Virus record (IMG/VR): IMGVR_UViG_3300018050_001174 | Coordinates: 1-32,838 of that record | From: a virus | Lineage: Duplodnaviria > Caudoviricetes | Reading direction: 5' to 3' (one strand) | DNA length: 32,838 bases | Part shown: positions 21,201-30,308 of the stretch, in pieces | How the letters are laid out: each line of letters opens with the position of its first letter | How positions within the stretch are numbered: the stretch's first letter is position 1 | Program-made: the position numbers and the translations under genes | The notes under the pieces: generated by a model | What the model saw: the letters and a program-made list of their open reading frames with translations, nothing else | What the model was told of the DNA's origin: nothing | Databases searched by the model: none

Positions 21201-24200
21201 ATCCAGAATTTATTTTTTGCCTAGTATCTGTATCTATTATTATTAGATTAGGTGAAGATGTATAATTTTTTCCACCATCAAGAACATCCACCTTTTCGAT
21301 AGTAAAAAGATCATCCAAATTTAACAATTTAGAAACATCTGCTTCTGGTCTTAGGGTTTTATCTGAAGCATATCCGAAACCTTCATTTAAAATTCTACTC
21401 TGATTAATATTGCCAATTTTAGTTGATTTAGCAACTAAATAAGCTCCCGATCCTTGATTAGATTGAATTGTGGAGAATAATGGAAGTTTTTTATAATTAA
21501 ATCCAGATGATAATATTCTAATTTTAGAAACACCACCAGTAGCTGTTGGTGAATTAGTTTTATATTCTAAAATTTGGCAATCTGACTTATTATATGATGG
21601 TCTTTCTGGATTTTTTTGTAATGAAATAGTAAATTGTGTACTACCTATAGAAGTAGAGATTGTATTGCCGATAGAAATAATATTATAATCACCATTATAA
21701 TAACTATCAATATAATTAATTTGAGAATAATTTTTAACAACTTTATCCGCAGTACTAATAAATCCCGATCTACTTAAAGCATAAAACAATTTAATGGGAG
21801 TATTACTGTTATAATTAATTGTTAAAGCTGCGTTGGTGGATACCCCAGCAGTGCCAATACTGACCACTGAGAATATGTTAGTGGATCCAGCAGATACAAA
21901 TCTGTTTTTAAATCCATTGTCATAGAATATTTGGAATTGATATCCATTTAAAGAAGAATCTCTTAAATCAAAATTTACATTATTATTTTTTATAATTGAT
22001 AGTGGCGGATTAACTAAAGAAATATTTTGAGTTGTTGCCCCAGCACTTCCACCACTGGTTAAATCTATCGTAACTGGTGGATTTGAAGATACATCTTCAG
22101 AGGTTTCTGATAGTTGAATTCCATTATTATCTATCTTATAGACATAGTAAAAATTATTATTTGTTAACCCACCAGCTGCTGTTGTTGCAGAATACCTAAC
22201 CTTATCTCCCGTTATTAAATTATGATTTGCTAACGTAAAAGTGTTATTAGTAGTATTAATTGATGATGATCCAAATCTTATAGGATTTACTAAGATAAAT
22301 CCAGATAGAGAGTCTCTTTGAATTCTGATTGAAACTGATGTTCCAATACCAATATTAAGACTTGGATTAACGGATAAATGTATCCTATCTCCTGAGGATA
22401 AATTATGTGATGTAGATACAGATACCGTAGCAGTAATTTTTTCTGCAGTTCCTAATATTTGATTATATGTTGATTGAATATAATATTCATTAGTATCTGA
22501 ACCTTTGGTATTAAAAAATAATCCATTTGTATTTGTAGTTAATCCTACATTAGTAACTAATCCAATAAAATCTACAGATTTTTTAATTACATATACTGTT
22601 TGACTTGATATTCCTGCCAATAAAGAAAATGTAGTCGTTGCTATGCCAACCGAACTAGTTACCGAAATGGATGCAGCTGTAGATACTCTACCTAAAATAA
22701 CTCTTTCATTTGTTTTAAATGGATGATTTGGTAAATAAATTGATTGTGTTGGTATTGATACTGTATTATCAGTTGATACTCCAATATTGTAGACAACAGT
22801 ATTGGATATTCCTGGAGTGCTGCCAATTCCTAGAGCAGAAAATGGATTAAAATAAACAATTTTATTATTATCGGATTTGAAATAATCTACTTTTTTATTA
22901 ATTGTTAATGTATCTGGATTGTAGTACAATACCTTTCCAATTGTATGAGATGTGCCCGTCGTTCCTCTTCGAACTCTCAGAATCTTTTGATTATCAAAAA
23001 TATTTAAAACTGATAATGTTTCTGTTCCAATACCTATGCTGCTGCCTATAGAAAGATTTGGTGGAATAGTTGATACTGAAATATCAGTAATAAATCCAGT
23101 GAACTGATATTCTGGTATTGCTTGAAGTAAAGTTGATGTATATGAAGTTACTCCAATTTGATAAAAACCATTTAAAGTGCTGAGACTTGTAGAAAATCCA
23201 GAAATATTTACATAGTCTAAATTACTTAAATCATGTTTAGGTAAAATCTTTATACTTACTGTGCCATTATTGTTCCAAGTAAAACATGCATTATTGTATG
23301 TTAATGTATTTGTTGTTATATTTGTTACTTCTTCTCCCTTAACTTGAGAAACCTCTGCCTTTAGTCCACCACCTTCTGTGCCATCGTTATTAAAAACTAT
23401 ATTATCACCAACATTATAATTATCGCCAGAATTGATAATTTCAATTTCTTCAACCGAAGACGAAGTTACTGATTCTACTACAACTGTTTGATTTACAATT
23501 TCATTAGATTCTATCAAAAAATCATTGTCCGCATATTGATCTCCAACTTTATATGGAAATGTATTTCTAACTAAACTAGAGTTATTAAAATCTATTGTTT
23601 GGTCTAATGTTTTATTTTCGGATATAAATTTTGATTTGTATCTGTCTCCAATAAAATATGGAAAACTTCCTACTTTATTATTATTTGCATCAATAACAGA
23701 TGTTGCAAAATATGCATAAACTCCATTTGGAAATTCTGGAGTAACGCAATATCTTCCGTTAGAGGGATCTAAATCTCCACCTCCAGTAAAAGTATAATCC
23801 TCTACAAAAAATCCAAGATTAAGTCCTGGCGGTCTGTTTATTATATTAGATAAACTTGCGGTGTATCCAGAAACTAATTTTTTTACGCTTGAGTTTTTGT
23901 CTTCTGGATTCGAATATCCATATGCACCATATATTGGATTTCCATCATATGCCCATCCAATAATGGGAGAATGTGAGGATCCACTATCATTAAACTCTGT
24001 TTGTACTATATCAGAATAACCACATATTCCATATTGTAAATTATTGTAGGAAGAAACAATTAGTTCATTTGCCGATGTTAAATTATCATTTACATCATCA
24101 TTTATAATATTATTATTAATTGTAAGGGATCTTATTTGTGGGTCAAGTAAGGCATTTTTTCCAGATGATTCTACTGTTAATTTAGTATTTGAATCATATC

Positions 24201-27200
24201 CACTACCACCATTAATGACGATTACATTTGTTAATCGATAATTTGTTATTACTGGCTTTAAAATCGCACCATTTCCTGTCCCAGATATTTTAATCGTAGG
24301 AGTTGAAAAGTATTCAAGTCCACCATATGATATTGAAACATCCGTTATTGATCCATTTGTTATAATTGGTCTTATTTCTGCATTTTTACCGCTTACTAAA
24401 GTAATTGATGGTTTTAATTGATAATTTGTAATTGTAGATCCATAACCAGAACCAGAAACGTAAACGTATGCATCAATAATACTGCCTTTAATAACTGGAG
24501 TTGCTGTTATTTGACTCCTGAATTGAGTGCTGCCAAGACCCACTGCAGTATAATTTACTTTTAATGAAATATCTGGATATGAAAAATTATGATATCCATT
24601 TCCGGTCGAACCAAAACTTACAGGTTTTCTTCTGAGATAATTTACGGTAGTAGTTGCTCCTATTCCAGCATCAGACAATTGAAATCTATTGTCATCTAAT
24701 TTTAGAACATAATACTGTTTTTGTGTAGATAATCCGGAAAGTGGGCTAGCAACAGAAGACCCTATGGATGTATTAGAATAAACAACTATATCGCCATCCA
24801 AAAATCCATGATTATTGAACAATACAATATTTTCTACAGTTGATATTCCAGATCTGAGAACACTTAATTTTCTATTTGTATAGTTAAATCCTGGATCAAC
24901 TACTTTAATTTCTGTTAATGTTTTTCTAGATTCAGTTGCAAACTTGTGTATTCCAGATGTTCCAGCAGTTGAAAATCCAATTGTGTTAATTCCTAATTTA
25001 TAGTCGTTTAAAGATGGATAAAGTTGGATTGTTGTGTCACTAATAAAATTTGTATAATAAACGGTTTCTTCTTTTAAACTACTATTTGGAACAATTAAAT
25101 TAGATCCCAAAAAGGGTGCTAATCCCAATGGTTGATTGGATCCAGGTCTATATGTTATTGGTTGACCATTAATCAACCCATGTGGAGTGAGAAATGTAAT
25201 TGTATCATTTACAACATCAACTCCACCCTCATCAGTTGTAACTCTGGCATCAAATGAAATTTCTCTTCTTCTTTTTTCTAAAATTGGATCAAAAGATGCT
25301 CCTCTACCATTTCCACCAGTAATTGCCACAGAAACAATAACATCTACGTCAAATTCTTGTGGATCAACAAAAACTCTTTCCACTGATCCACTTACAACAG
25401 GAGAAATAGATGCTATTCCAGAAGAAATTCTAACAGATGGTGGATTAATTACATCATATCCAGATCCTGCATTTAAAATTTTTACAGATTCTAATGGACC
25501 ATAATAAATTTTATTTGCAGATTTATATCCATATATTTCAACACCGTTGATTAACATTCCAACTGGACCTGGTTCAGTGAAATCAATTTCTTGATCTCCT
25601 GTATCATAATTTATTGTCAGAGGAAATTTTCTTATTATCTTTTGTGGAGATAGTATTCTTTCTCTTTGAGAACTAAGAGTAATTGTGTGAGTGCCCGATG
25701 GCAAATTTTCAAATGTTAAATAATTTGAAGAACCTATAACGGAACGAGATGCATAAAGTCTAATCTTATTATTTCCCGATAAAACTTGGACGTAATAAAC
25801 ACCTTCAGATAATCCTGGAATAGGAGATCCAGAATATGTGTAGTAAACTTCACTTCCTGTTAAGAAAGAAATTTGCTCAGAAAAAGTAATTGTCGCATAT
25901 GTTCCTAATTCCGAGTCAAAATCTGCAAGATTGGATATGTTATATGAAAAGATTTTTTTAGATATTGCATATGATGGAAAAGAATTTGAAGCAACATATG
26001 CATATTCATCATCACCATTATAAAGATTTTGAATATCTGTTGTTATTTTATTAAATTCTAGTGGAACATTATTACTAACTGCTGTTTTTATTTTTCTTCT
26101 AATATCGTAACTAGATCCTTGTGTTAAGGTAAATGATGAATTAGTAGTAATTTGATTTCCAACAATTGCATTAATTCTCAAATTAGATGCAACTTTTGTC
26201 TGAGATCCTTTATTAAGAACATCAATAAAATCTCCTACTTTTAAACTTGATTTATCTATCGTACTCTTTAATGAACATTGGTTAGTTGTAACAACAGTTC
26301 CGTTTGGAGTAGATGCTGGTGCAAAACTATCTATCTGATATCTTGAACTGGTATTATAAATCCAACTATTAGCAAAAATTTCTTTATAAGATTTATTAGA
26401 TGCTGGATTTTTAATTTTTTCTCCTACATTTTTTACATATATTTGTTCACCAATACTTAAATTAGAATTTTTTGTAGAGGATTGATATTCGGATAAAACA
26501 CCAGAAATTCTAATTAAAACCTTTTTAGATAAATCTCCATTTTCATATCCATAATATGTTTCATTTGAATAAATTGTTTCTGCTGTCGAAATACCAGAAA
26601 CTATACCATTACATCCAAAAAATTGATTAATACTTTTGTCAGTATATGTGATTGTGTTACTATTGGTGTATATAGTACCACTATCTGAAAACCCTATCGT
26701 AGAATCTACAATAATAGTAGAACTACCTGCAGAAACGTAATCTATATTTTTAGTAGATCCAGTGATAGTAAAAGATCCAGTGACAGTCGGTGCAGAGTCA
26801 TCATAACCAACAAAAAGTAAAAATTTATAATACGATTTTCCTTTTCTTCTAATTAACTCTACTTCTGATACTGAAGCCGTTGTTTTTTCATCCGTGCTTT
26901 TTACTATAGTTTGCCCTTGAAGATTAATTGGATCTCCAGATATCACCTCTGCTACAACTACATCTCTCCTAATAAAAGTTGCATATGAGGGTTTAACTAA
27001 AAATCTTTCTAGATCAACTATTCTTGCACTTTCATTAAATAAAACATTAAATAAAATCCTAAAAGACTCTGGAGTTCCTTTTGTTTGATAAAGTGTTTTG
27101 GAGTCTTTTATAAAATTTCCAACATTTAAATCTGCAGTAAAATCCTTATTTTCTAATCCTGGCGTTAATGTATTTTTTATTTTTTTATAAAATTCTTTCA

Positions 27201-27690
27201 GAAATAAAGAACTTAAATTCTGGACAGTTGATAATCCAACATGTGAAGATGCAGAACTTTCAGAAAAAATCAATTCTTCAAACTTTAAACTATCATGATA
27301 AGATGTTATTCCACAAAATCCACGTACACAACCAGTAAAAGTATTTGTAGTTAATCCAGTATATGTAATAATTTCATCATCAATTTTCAATAATCCATAG
27401 CTATTAGGAAATCCTTTTGTAGTGGATACTTGAATTGTATTTTGACTTGAAGTTATACTATTCGAAAGAGTAGTAAATCCAACCACTACCTCCGGAGTTA
27501 AATTATCTAATTTTAAATATTGGTCTAAATTTTCTGCAATATCAACCGTTCCACCTTGATATTCTTGAGAAATATAATATTGTTTAAAGAAATCGACCGC
27601 TATTGGATTTTCATCTAAAATAAATTCTGGAAGATGACTTTCAACAACTTGTTGAATTTTAACCCTATGATCAAAACCAGTTTCTATCAT
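15214..27690 (-). CDS. gp7: Giant baseplate wedge initiator, gp7-like (4158 aa)
   Basis: Lies between gp6 and gp8. N-terminal HLPEFI...FFKQYY.SQE and LYQTKGTPESFRILF..LF; internal DNNYYQNLSYSIKS...VNKILHSVG; many repeat domains. Confidence 0.85.
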   Translation of the reverse strand: MIETGFDHRVKIQQVVESHLPEFILDENPIAVDFFKQYYISQEYQGGTVDIAENLDQYLKLDNLTPEVVVGFTTLSNSITSSQNTIQVSTTKGFPNSYGLLKIDDEIITYTGLTTNTFTGCVRGFCGITSYHDSLKFEELIFSESSASSHVGLSTVQNLSSLFLKEFYKKIKNTLTPGLENKDFTADLNVGNFIKDSKTLYQTKGTPESFRILFNVLFNESARIVDLERFLVKPSYATFIRRDVVVAEVISGDPINLQGQTIVKSTDEKTTASVSEVELIRRKGKSYYKFLLFVGYDDSAPTVTGSFTITGSTKNIDYVSAGSSTIIVDSTIGFSDSGTIYTNSNTITYTDKSINQFFGCNGIVSGISTAETIYSNETYYGYENGDLSKKVLIRISGVLSEYQSSTKNSNLSIGEQIYVKNVGEKIKNPASNKSYKEIFANSWIYNTSSRYQIDSFAPASTPNGTVVTTNQCSLKSTIDKSSLKVGDFIDVLNKGSQTKVASNLRINAIVGNQITTNSSFTLTQGSSYDIRRKIKTAVSNNVPLEFNKITTDIQNLYNGDDEYAYVASNSFPSYAISKKIFSYNISNLADFDSELGTYATITFSEQISFLTGSEVYYTYSGSPIPGLSEGVYYVQVLSGNNKIRLYASRSVIGSSNYLTFENLPSGTHTITLSSQRERILSPQKIIRKFPLTINYDTGDQEIDFTEPGPVGMLINGVEIYGYKSANKIYYGPLESVKILNAGSGYDVINPPSVRISSGIASISPVVSGSVERVFVDPQEFDVDVIVSVAITGGNGRGASFDPILEKRRREISFDARVTTDEGGVDVVNDTITFLTPHGLINGQPITYRPGSNQPLGLAPFLGSNLIVPNSSLKEETVYYTNFISDTTIQLYPSLNDYKLGINTIGFSTAGTSGIHKFATESRKTLTEIKVVDPGFNYTNRKLSVLRSGISTVENIVLFNNHGFLDGDIVVYSNTSIGSSVASPLSGLSTQKQYYVLKLDDNRFQLSDAGIGATTTVNYLRRKPVSFGSTGNGYHNFSYPDISLKVNYTAVGLGSTQFRSQITATPVIKGSIIDAYVYVSGSGYGSTITNYQLKPSITLVSGKNAEIRPIITNGSITDVSISYGGLEYFSTPTIKISGTGNGAILKPVITNYRLTNVIVINGGSGYDSNTKLTVESSGKNALLDPQIRSLTINNNIINDDVNDNLTSANELIVSSYNNLQYGICGYSDIVQTEFNDSGSSHSPIIGWAYDGNPIYGAYGYSNPEDKNSSVKKLVSGYTASLSNIINRPPGLNLGFFVEDYTFTGGGDLDPSNGRYCVTPEFPNGVYAYFATSVIDANNNKVGSFPYFIGDRYKSKFISENKTLDQTIDFNNSSLVRNTFPYKVGDQYADNDFLIESNEIVNQTVVVESVTSSSVEEIEIINSGDNYNVGDNIVFNNDGTEGGGLKAEVSQVKGEEVTNITTNTLTYNNACFTWNNNGTVSIKILPKHDLSNLDYVNISGFSTSLSTLNGFYQIGVTSYTSTLLQAIPEYQFTGFITDISVSTIPPNLSIGSSIGIGTETLSVLNIFDNQKILRVRRGTTGTSHTIGKVLYYNPDTLTINKKVDYFKSDNNKIVYFNPFSALGIGSTPGISNTVVYNIGVSTDNTVSIPTQSIYLPNHPFKTNERVILGRVSTAASISVTSSVGIATTTFSLLAGISSQTVYVIKKSVDFIGLVTNVGLTTNTNGLFFNTKGSDTNEYYIQSTYNQILGTAEKITATVSVSTSHNLSSGDRIHLSVNPSLNIGIGTSVSIRIQRDSLSGFILVNPIRFGSSSINTTNNTFTLANHNLITGDKVRYSATTAAGGLTNNNFYYVYKIDNNGIQLSETSEDVSSNPPVTIDLTSGGSAGATTQNISLVNPPLSIIKNNNVNFDLRDSSLNGYQFQIFYDNGFKNRFVSAGSTNIFSVVSIGTAGVSTNAALTINYNSNTPIKLFYALSRSGFISTADKVVKNYSQINYIDSYYNGDYNIISIGNTISTSIGSTQFTISLQKNPERPSYNKSDCQILEYKTNSPTATGGVSKIRILSSGFNYKKLPLFSTIQSNQGSGAYLVAKSTKIGNINQSRILNEGFGYASDKTLRPEADVSKLLNLDDLFTIEKVDVLDGGKNYTSSPNLIIIDTDTRQKINSGFLSADFFANSIRSVSIPIKPKGLPATLVTIKAINNSNGVGINSISSSFSGIITCTLVTPLNGFSEEPFSVGDRIFVEGIEKYGNEGNGFNSEDYGYEFFTVTSYNNAGTTSPRTLEFSIVGLGTTSNPGIARTSQDIYGFIINYDNYPKFEVTQNYSQFIVGEYLEVKNNSGIYELQDLKITEDSNSTVKVIGTYDIFANDLIRGSQSGTIAKINNVNSSFGKFKIDYASRQKLGWSDNIGKLSEDTQVISDNNYYQNLSYSIKSKKTWLDIVSPVNKILHSVGLKNFSDTEIFNNVGVGTTTVEENLSIIYDISDFKNVTTIANFDAVKDIDTNTQESSSRFINFNTKKLSNYIAAESNRVLAIDDISDLFSSTNQLVATSCNVATINPSDKFNTYLVQIRKKDDSTSQITEVIILTDNGSQTGEPNLYSFERGSLSTGITTEVGYTSNLLGEIYGEVDELDNHYLKFTPNDPYNSTYDIKFLNTKFPITDVGIGSTSVGFIRLSGITSTVGAGSTFTLISQQQSTIKSAFSQIHIIDNITNKMNYYEFFLDNTNGVDTNLGEFYFDTEEDSSSKFIGTFTASLSSGIVSFTYTNTSPNSVTVRSKIVGFGSTALGIGTYRFKSDGQPDGDERTVTLGSSFSRVSTASTVFSYNTDIYSSSKSIIKVSIGSTSALHQVLTTIDLNDMYTYQYPFISAGSTNGIGTFGGTRNGNIASLIFYPDTNVSGVSTTTTYEILSYNQVFYDENDYINLSQNLTYTNVSESVGITKFFGINDTDVNRLNFDLYYQNTPIFMKTFNPENTTVLDKATGTFNIPNHFFQTAEKLYYRPNTTFVSVAASSVSIGATTDYLGFTTTVMPPVIWAIRLDNDRFKLAATLDNAYAGIAITFTSSGSGNAHELEMVKKNEKSIISINNIIQSPIAYTNLNYTLDNYGSIGTASTIFKLSGIGSIRINDILKIDDEYMQVINLGLSTISTGPISFAGTFPLVNVKRAYVGSSSSSHVDLSSVSLYRGSYNIVKNTIWFTEQPEGNLEDQLFSDFDNLPEARSYFNGRVFLRKNYSTNIIYDDLSENFNGIGRTYTLTISGVNTSGLGTDGSNGIVLLNGIFQTPTTQNNPGNNYEIVDNTTSTQDPFAPYYLRPDEYTGFAAGITTNPEFTTEVGISSIVFSGITSSSTGEYITSPSDVNLNQVPRGGIIVSLGSTPGLGYAPLVGARVKAIVGSGGTITSIVGISYTGSSIGVRTASYNNITGIVNIKTTTDHGLFADDRVRLVGLAFTCPSGGGIFSYFPSPNFQGYLFEVTGIVSAREFTANVGPSTLPHTYVGVSTIGFGTIFPWYNLNIGSGYRNPVSVAVSASVGSGATITATVGAGGTLAFTIVNPGTGYTGIGTSSPRVYISPPNYENLGVIGVSRLSVGSTTDCGVGLLLNLEVGSASTTGVGVSDLFEVTNFKVARNGYGFQRGDIVKAVGLVTAKGLASPIKEFQLTILKTFYDSFSCWQFGQMDYIDSVKNLQDGIRTRFPLYYNGELVSFEKGTSPESTLIDFDSLLLIFINGVLQEPKVAYQFIGGSSFTFTEAPKPEDKISIFFYRGSAEDSEIFNVRESIKEGDVVQIYSNNSLPGITTTQNSRTVTAISFSNKTQTDLYVDQGVDIVNDKTLYWTKQNTDKIIDGNVISKSRDSLEPQIYPTARIIKDFTAESTELWVDNAEFFNYENVDVNQFECSGLVVSGEADPVGAAASATVSATGRITGITITNAGSGYFALGPAGTTVQIEIAAPKKIGVGIGSTAIASAVVSSTGTVTTPTVSFSGLGYTSSNPPRVIVEIPKPKVEFITNITNAQGFSGNITNISTCPGIGTDLAIQFILDPALAPFPNLSPGNPVYIFDTYVGRGVTSIYTNNTEQIGIGTTFSDCIYNVSAFDASSGILTCNVLSTTNTSGLNTTGPIAGKISWGRLSGFSRGSSPIAIGLTGFRISGLSTYPTVQRRGTGLRDIGALKKIL

Positions 27691-27692
27691 AT

Positions 27693-29627
27693 TTACGACC
27701 TCGTTAATTCTCCGTTTGAATAGCTAGATCTATAATAATCATCTTTTGAAAAGACAACTCCAGATACATCATCTCCAGATGCAATCACATCTTTAATCAT
27801 ATTTATTTTACTTTTAGAAACACTAAAAGATAGATAAAGATCCTTCAACCCAATAATATCATTAGATTCTGGAAATGCTTGAATTTCAATTATATCTTGA
27901 GGTAGGGCGGTAGATGTAATAATTACTGCACCTAAAGCAATTTCTCCCTTTTCATAATCTACCGTTCCTGCCGACTGAACAATTATTTTTACTTCACTTG
28001 ATGTAGAATTTGAACTTGTATCAATTTTAACAATTGATATAGTTCCGGTTTTCAAATCTGCATTAGGTGTATCTGTCAAATAGACAGTATCTGGTTCATT
28101 TAAAATATTAAATCCAGTTGATTTAATATTTTTACCTTCAGAATTTACATGAAATCTATTTCCATAACAAATTTCATATTGTGTTAAGGAATTGATTTGT
28201 GCTTTTAAATCTCTCCTAATAATAACCTTGGTAATATTCGAAGTTATTGCAGAATCTGTTTTATCAATTGTTTGTAAAATTTTACTATACTTAAACCTAG
28301 ATCCAAAGGCATTAAGTTCTGTAGATTGTGAATATAAATTCAATGAATTTATAATCCGTGTTTGCAATCCATTAACACTATCAACTAATGATGAATTGTA
28401 ATAAATTGAAGAGTCTATCTCCACATATAGAATTTTTAGGTCAATAATTTCTGGACTAATTCCAGTGACTGTATATAATTTAAGTTTATTTTTTATTTGC
28501 TGCTTATCAAAATCTGAAACATATGTCCCATTTTTTGGTTTTATACTAATAAAAACTTTTCCAAAAGCTGGTGGGTCTAATTCTTCACCACCAATTACAG
28601 ATACTGATTCTGTCTCTGCATAAATTTTTGATTTTATTATCGATTCATAGTCCGATGCAGTAACAGCTCGATATTGTGATGAATATAATCTTGGAGCAAA
28701 ATTTTTAATTGAATCAATAGATTCAATATCAGAACCATTTTGGGAACTTTGTATTGTGGTGACTGTAATAGTATTCGTTGGAATTGTTATAAGATCTGAT
28801 GCATCTTTTAAACTTCCAGCATATGTAAATACACTTGCCCCATTACCTTCTTTTCCGTCAGTAACAATATAAGTTACTGTTATAATCGCATCATTCTCAA
28901 GTTTTTTTCCGATTATACCATCACCAAAAAGAAGTTCATATTTTTCATCTATTATTTCTTGAATCAAGAATATTTCAGAAGATGATTTAACTTCAAAAAT
29001 ATTGTCAACTAGCGAATATGGTCTACCTAATCCAGAATCATTAGATCCCTTTACATATACTCTAATTGTTGACGTATCAATATAAGAATTATCTAAAATA
29101 AATCTTTGGTCTAAAGATCCATTAACAGTAAATGTTTTTTTTAAAAATGTACCTTGCTTAATTGTCAATTCACTAAATGTTGCTACTCCATTTACAACAG
29201 ATGCTGTTACATTATCTGGAATAGAAAAAAGATATGAACTTCCTGATGTTGATCCAGTGCATACAAGACCTGCTTGTAAGGTGACTGTGGGGGAATATAT
29301 GGCGGGATTAAAACTTTTTGGACTTATCGATACTGGAAAGGAAACAACGGCACTAGAGGCGGATCTAGAGCGTGGTATGTACCCAATATTTCGTGCCAAT
29401 GCGACTACGTTTTCTCTTAAAGTTGCAGAGTCTAGAAAAGACTCATTGACAACCATGTTCGAGTTAAACGCTGTAATATAAGTATTATAAGCTAAAACAT
29501 CAATCAAGACCGAAAAATTAGACCCCTCAAAATCAAAATCCGTAAAATTAGAATTTGCACGGAGATATGATTTAATAGAGGTCTTTATCTGATCAAAGTC
29601 TAAATTAGTAAACTTGGTAAAAGGCAT
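27693..29627 (-). CDS. gp6: Baseplate wedge subunit gp6
   Basis: LDFDQIKTSIKSYLR...FTDFDFEGSN, NESFLDSATLRENVVALARNIGYIPRS, QYRAVTASDYE, GKVFISIKP motifs. Confidence 0.95.
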   Translation of the reverse strand: MPFTKFTNLDFDQIKTSIKSYLRANSNFTDFDFEGSNFSVLIDVLAYNTYITAFNSNMVVNESFLDSATLRENVVALARNIGYIPRSRSASSAVVSFPVSISPKSFNPAIYSPTVTLQAGLVCTGSTSGSSYLFSIPDNVTASVVNGVATFSELTIKQGTFLKKTFTVNGSLDQRFILDNSYIDTSTIRVYVKGSNDSGLGRPYSLVDNIFEVKSSSEIFLIQEIIDEKYELLFGDGIIGKKLENDAIITVTYIVTDGKEGNGASVFTYAGSLKDASDLITIPTNTITVTTIQSSQNGSDIESIDSIKNFAPRLYSSQYRAVTASDYESIIKSKIYAETESVSVIGGEELDPPAFGKVFISIKPKNGTYVSDFDKQQIKNKLKLYTVTGISPEIIDLKILYVEIDSSIYYNSSLVDSVNGLQTRIINSLNLYSQSTELNAFGSRFKYSKILQTIDKTDSAITSNITKVIIRRDLKAQINSLTQYEICYGNRFHVNSEGKNIKSTGFNILNEPDTVYLTDTPNADLKTGTISIVKIDTSSNSTSSEVKIIVQSAGTVDYEKGEIALGAVIITSTALPQDIIEIQAFPESNDIIGLKDLYLSFSVSKSKINMIKDVIASGDDVSGVVFSKDDYYRSSYSNGELTRS

Positions 29628-29628
29628 T

Positions 29629-30030
29629 TTATCTTGTTGCCTCTAATATGAAAGTAAATTGTTGTGTGGGAATTTCCTGTCCGATAATATCAAAAATAAC
29701 AGAAACTTCAAATGTATTTGTATCTGGACTTGGATTTACTTCAACTCTCAAATTTTGAACTCTTGGTTCATAATTAGATACAACATTTATTATCTGATCT
29801 TGAATAATTGATGCTGTAGCAAAATCAACAAAATCAAATAAACTTGAACGAACATCTGATCCTAACAAAGAATTAAAAAATCTTTCATTTGGTATTGTTT
29901 CTACCAAATTTCGAACAGATCGAATGATTGCAGATTGATTTTTTAATACGGGTAAATCCTTAGTCACAGGATGTGGAACAAAGGATAAACTAATATCTTT
30001 GAATGATCTAGATATCCTTGTTATTGCCAT
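29629..30030 (-). CDS. gp25: Baseplate wedge subunit gp25 (GPW/gp25 family)
   Basis: FKDISLSF.PHPVTKD...AIIRSVRNLV.T...ERFF...GS...YEPRV motifs; directly upstream of gp6. Confidence 0.93.
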   Translation of the reverse strand: MAITRISRSFKDISLSFVPHPVTKDLPVLKNQSAIIRSVRNLVETIPNERFFNSLLGSDVRSSLFDFVDFATASIIQDQIINVVSNYEPRVQNLRVEVNPSPDTNTFEVSVIFDIIGQEIPTQQFTFILEATR

Positions 30031-30047
30031 CGGACATAAAATTTCTT

Positions 30048-30059
30048 TATTTATTTATG
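30048..30059 (-). promoter_or_regulatory. Late promoter(s) NATAAATA, two overlapping copies
   Basis: Minus strand reads CATAAATAAATA, about 20 nt upstream of the gp25 ATG. Confidence 0.7.
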
Positions 30060-30305
30060 TTGATTCCAAGAAGATCCGTAGGATGGTTCTGTACCATATT
30101 CCCAATCATCATAGTCTTCATCATTGCGAATTTGTTGATGTAAATCAGATTGTTCCTTTAAATGATGTTTTTTACCAATATCATCATGCATAATTTCCTG
30201 AATAACTTTCTTTTCTTCGAGAGATGTGTAATCTGTTGCTAGTTTTTTTGTACCCCACATTTGGTACATGTAATTTTCGTCTCTATCAACTGGTAAATTA
30301 GACAT
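30051..30305 (-). CDS. Acidic hypothetical protein (84 aa)
   Basis: ATG with AGGAG SD; C-terminal DEDYDDWEYGTEPSYG motif. Confidence 0.8.
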   Translation of the reverse strand: MSNLPVDRDENYMYQMWGTKKLATDYTSLEEKKVIQEIMHDDIGKKHHLKEQSDLHQQIRNDEDYDDWEYGTEPSYGSSWNQHK

Positions 30306-30308
30306 TTT

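Noticed and set aside
6413-27690. Inteins, introns, homing endonucleases or stop-codon recoding as an explanation of the giant ORFs
   Set aside because: The ORFs are uninterrupted in the standard code. I noticed no intein splice-junction, LAGLIDADG, HNH or GIY-YIG motifs, and the size is explained by repeat domains.
30060-30125. DDWEY similarity to microviridin/graspetide cores
   Set aside because: There is no TxKYPSD core and no PFFARFL-type leader; the similarity is too weak to call a RiPP precursor.
207-30193. All plus-strand ORFs in the track (e.g. 842-1099, 1318-1662, 8649-8924, 15158-15475, 25187-25504, 29999-30193)
   Set aside because: They are short antisense shadows of well-supported minus-strand genes, with no recognisable motifs or ribosome-binding sites.
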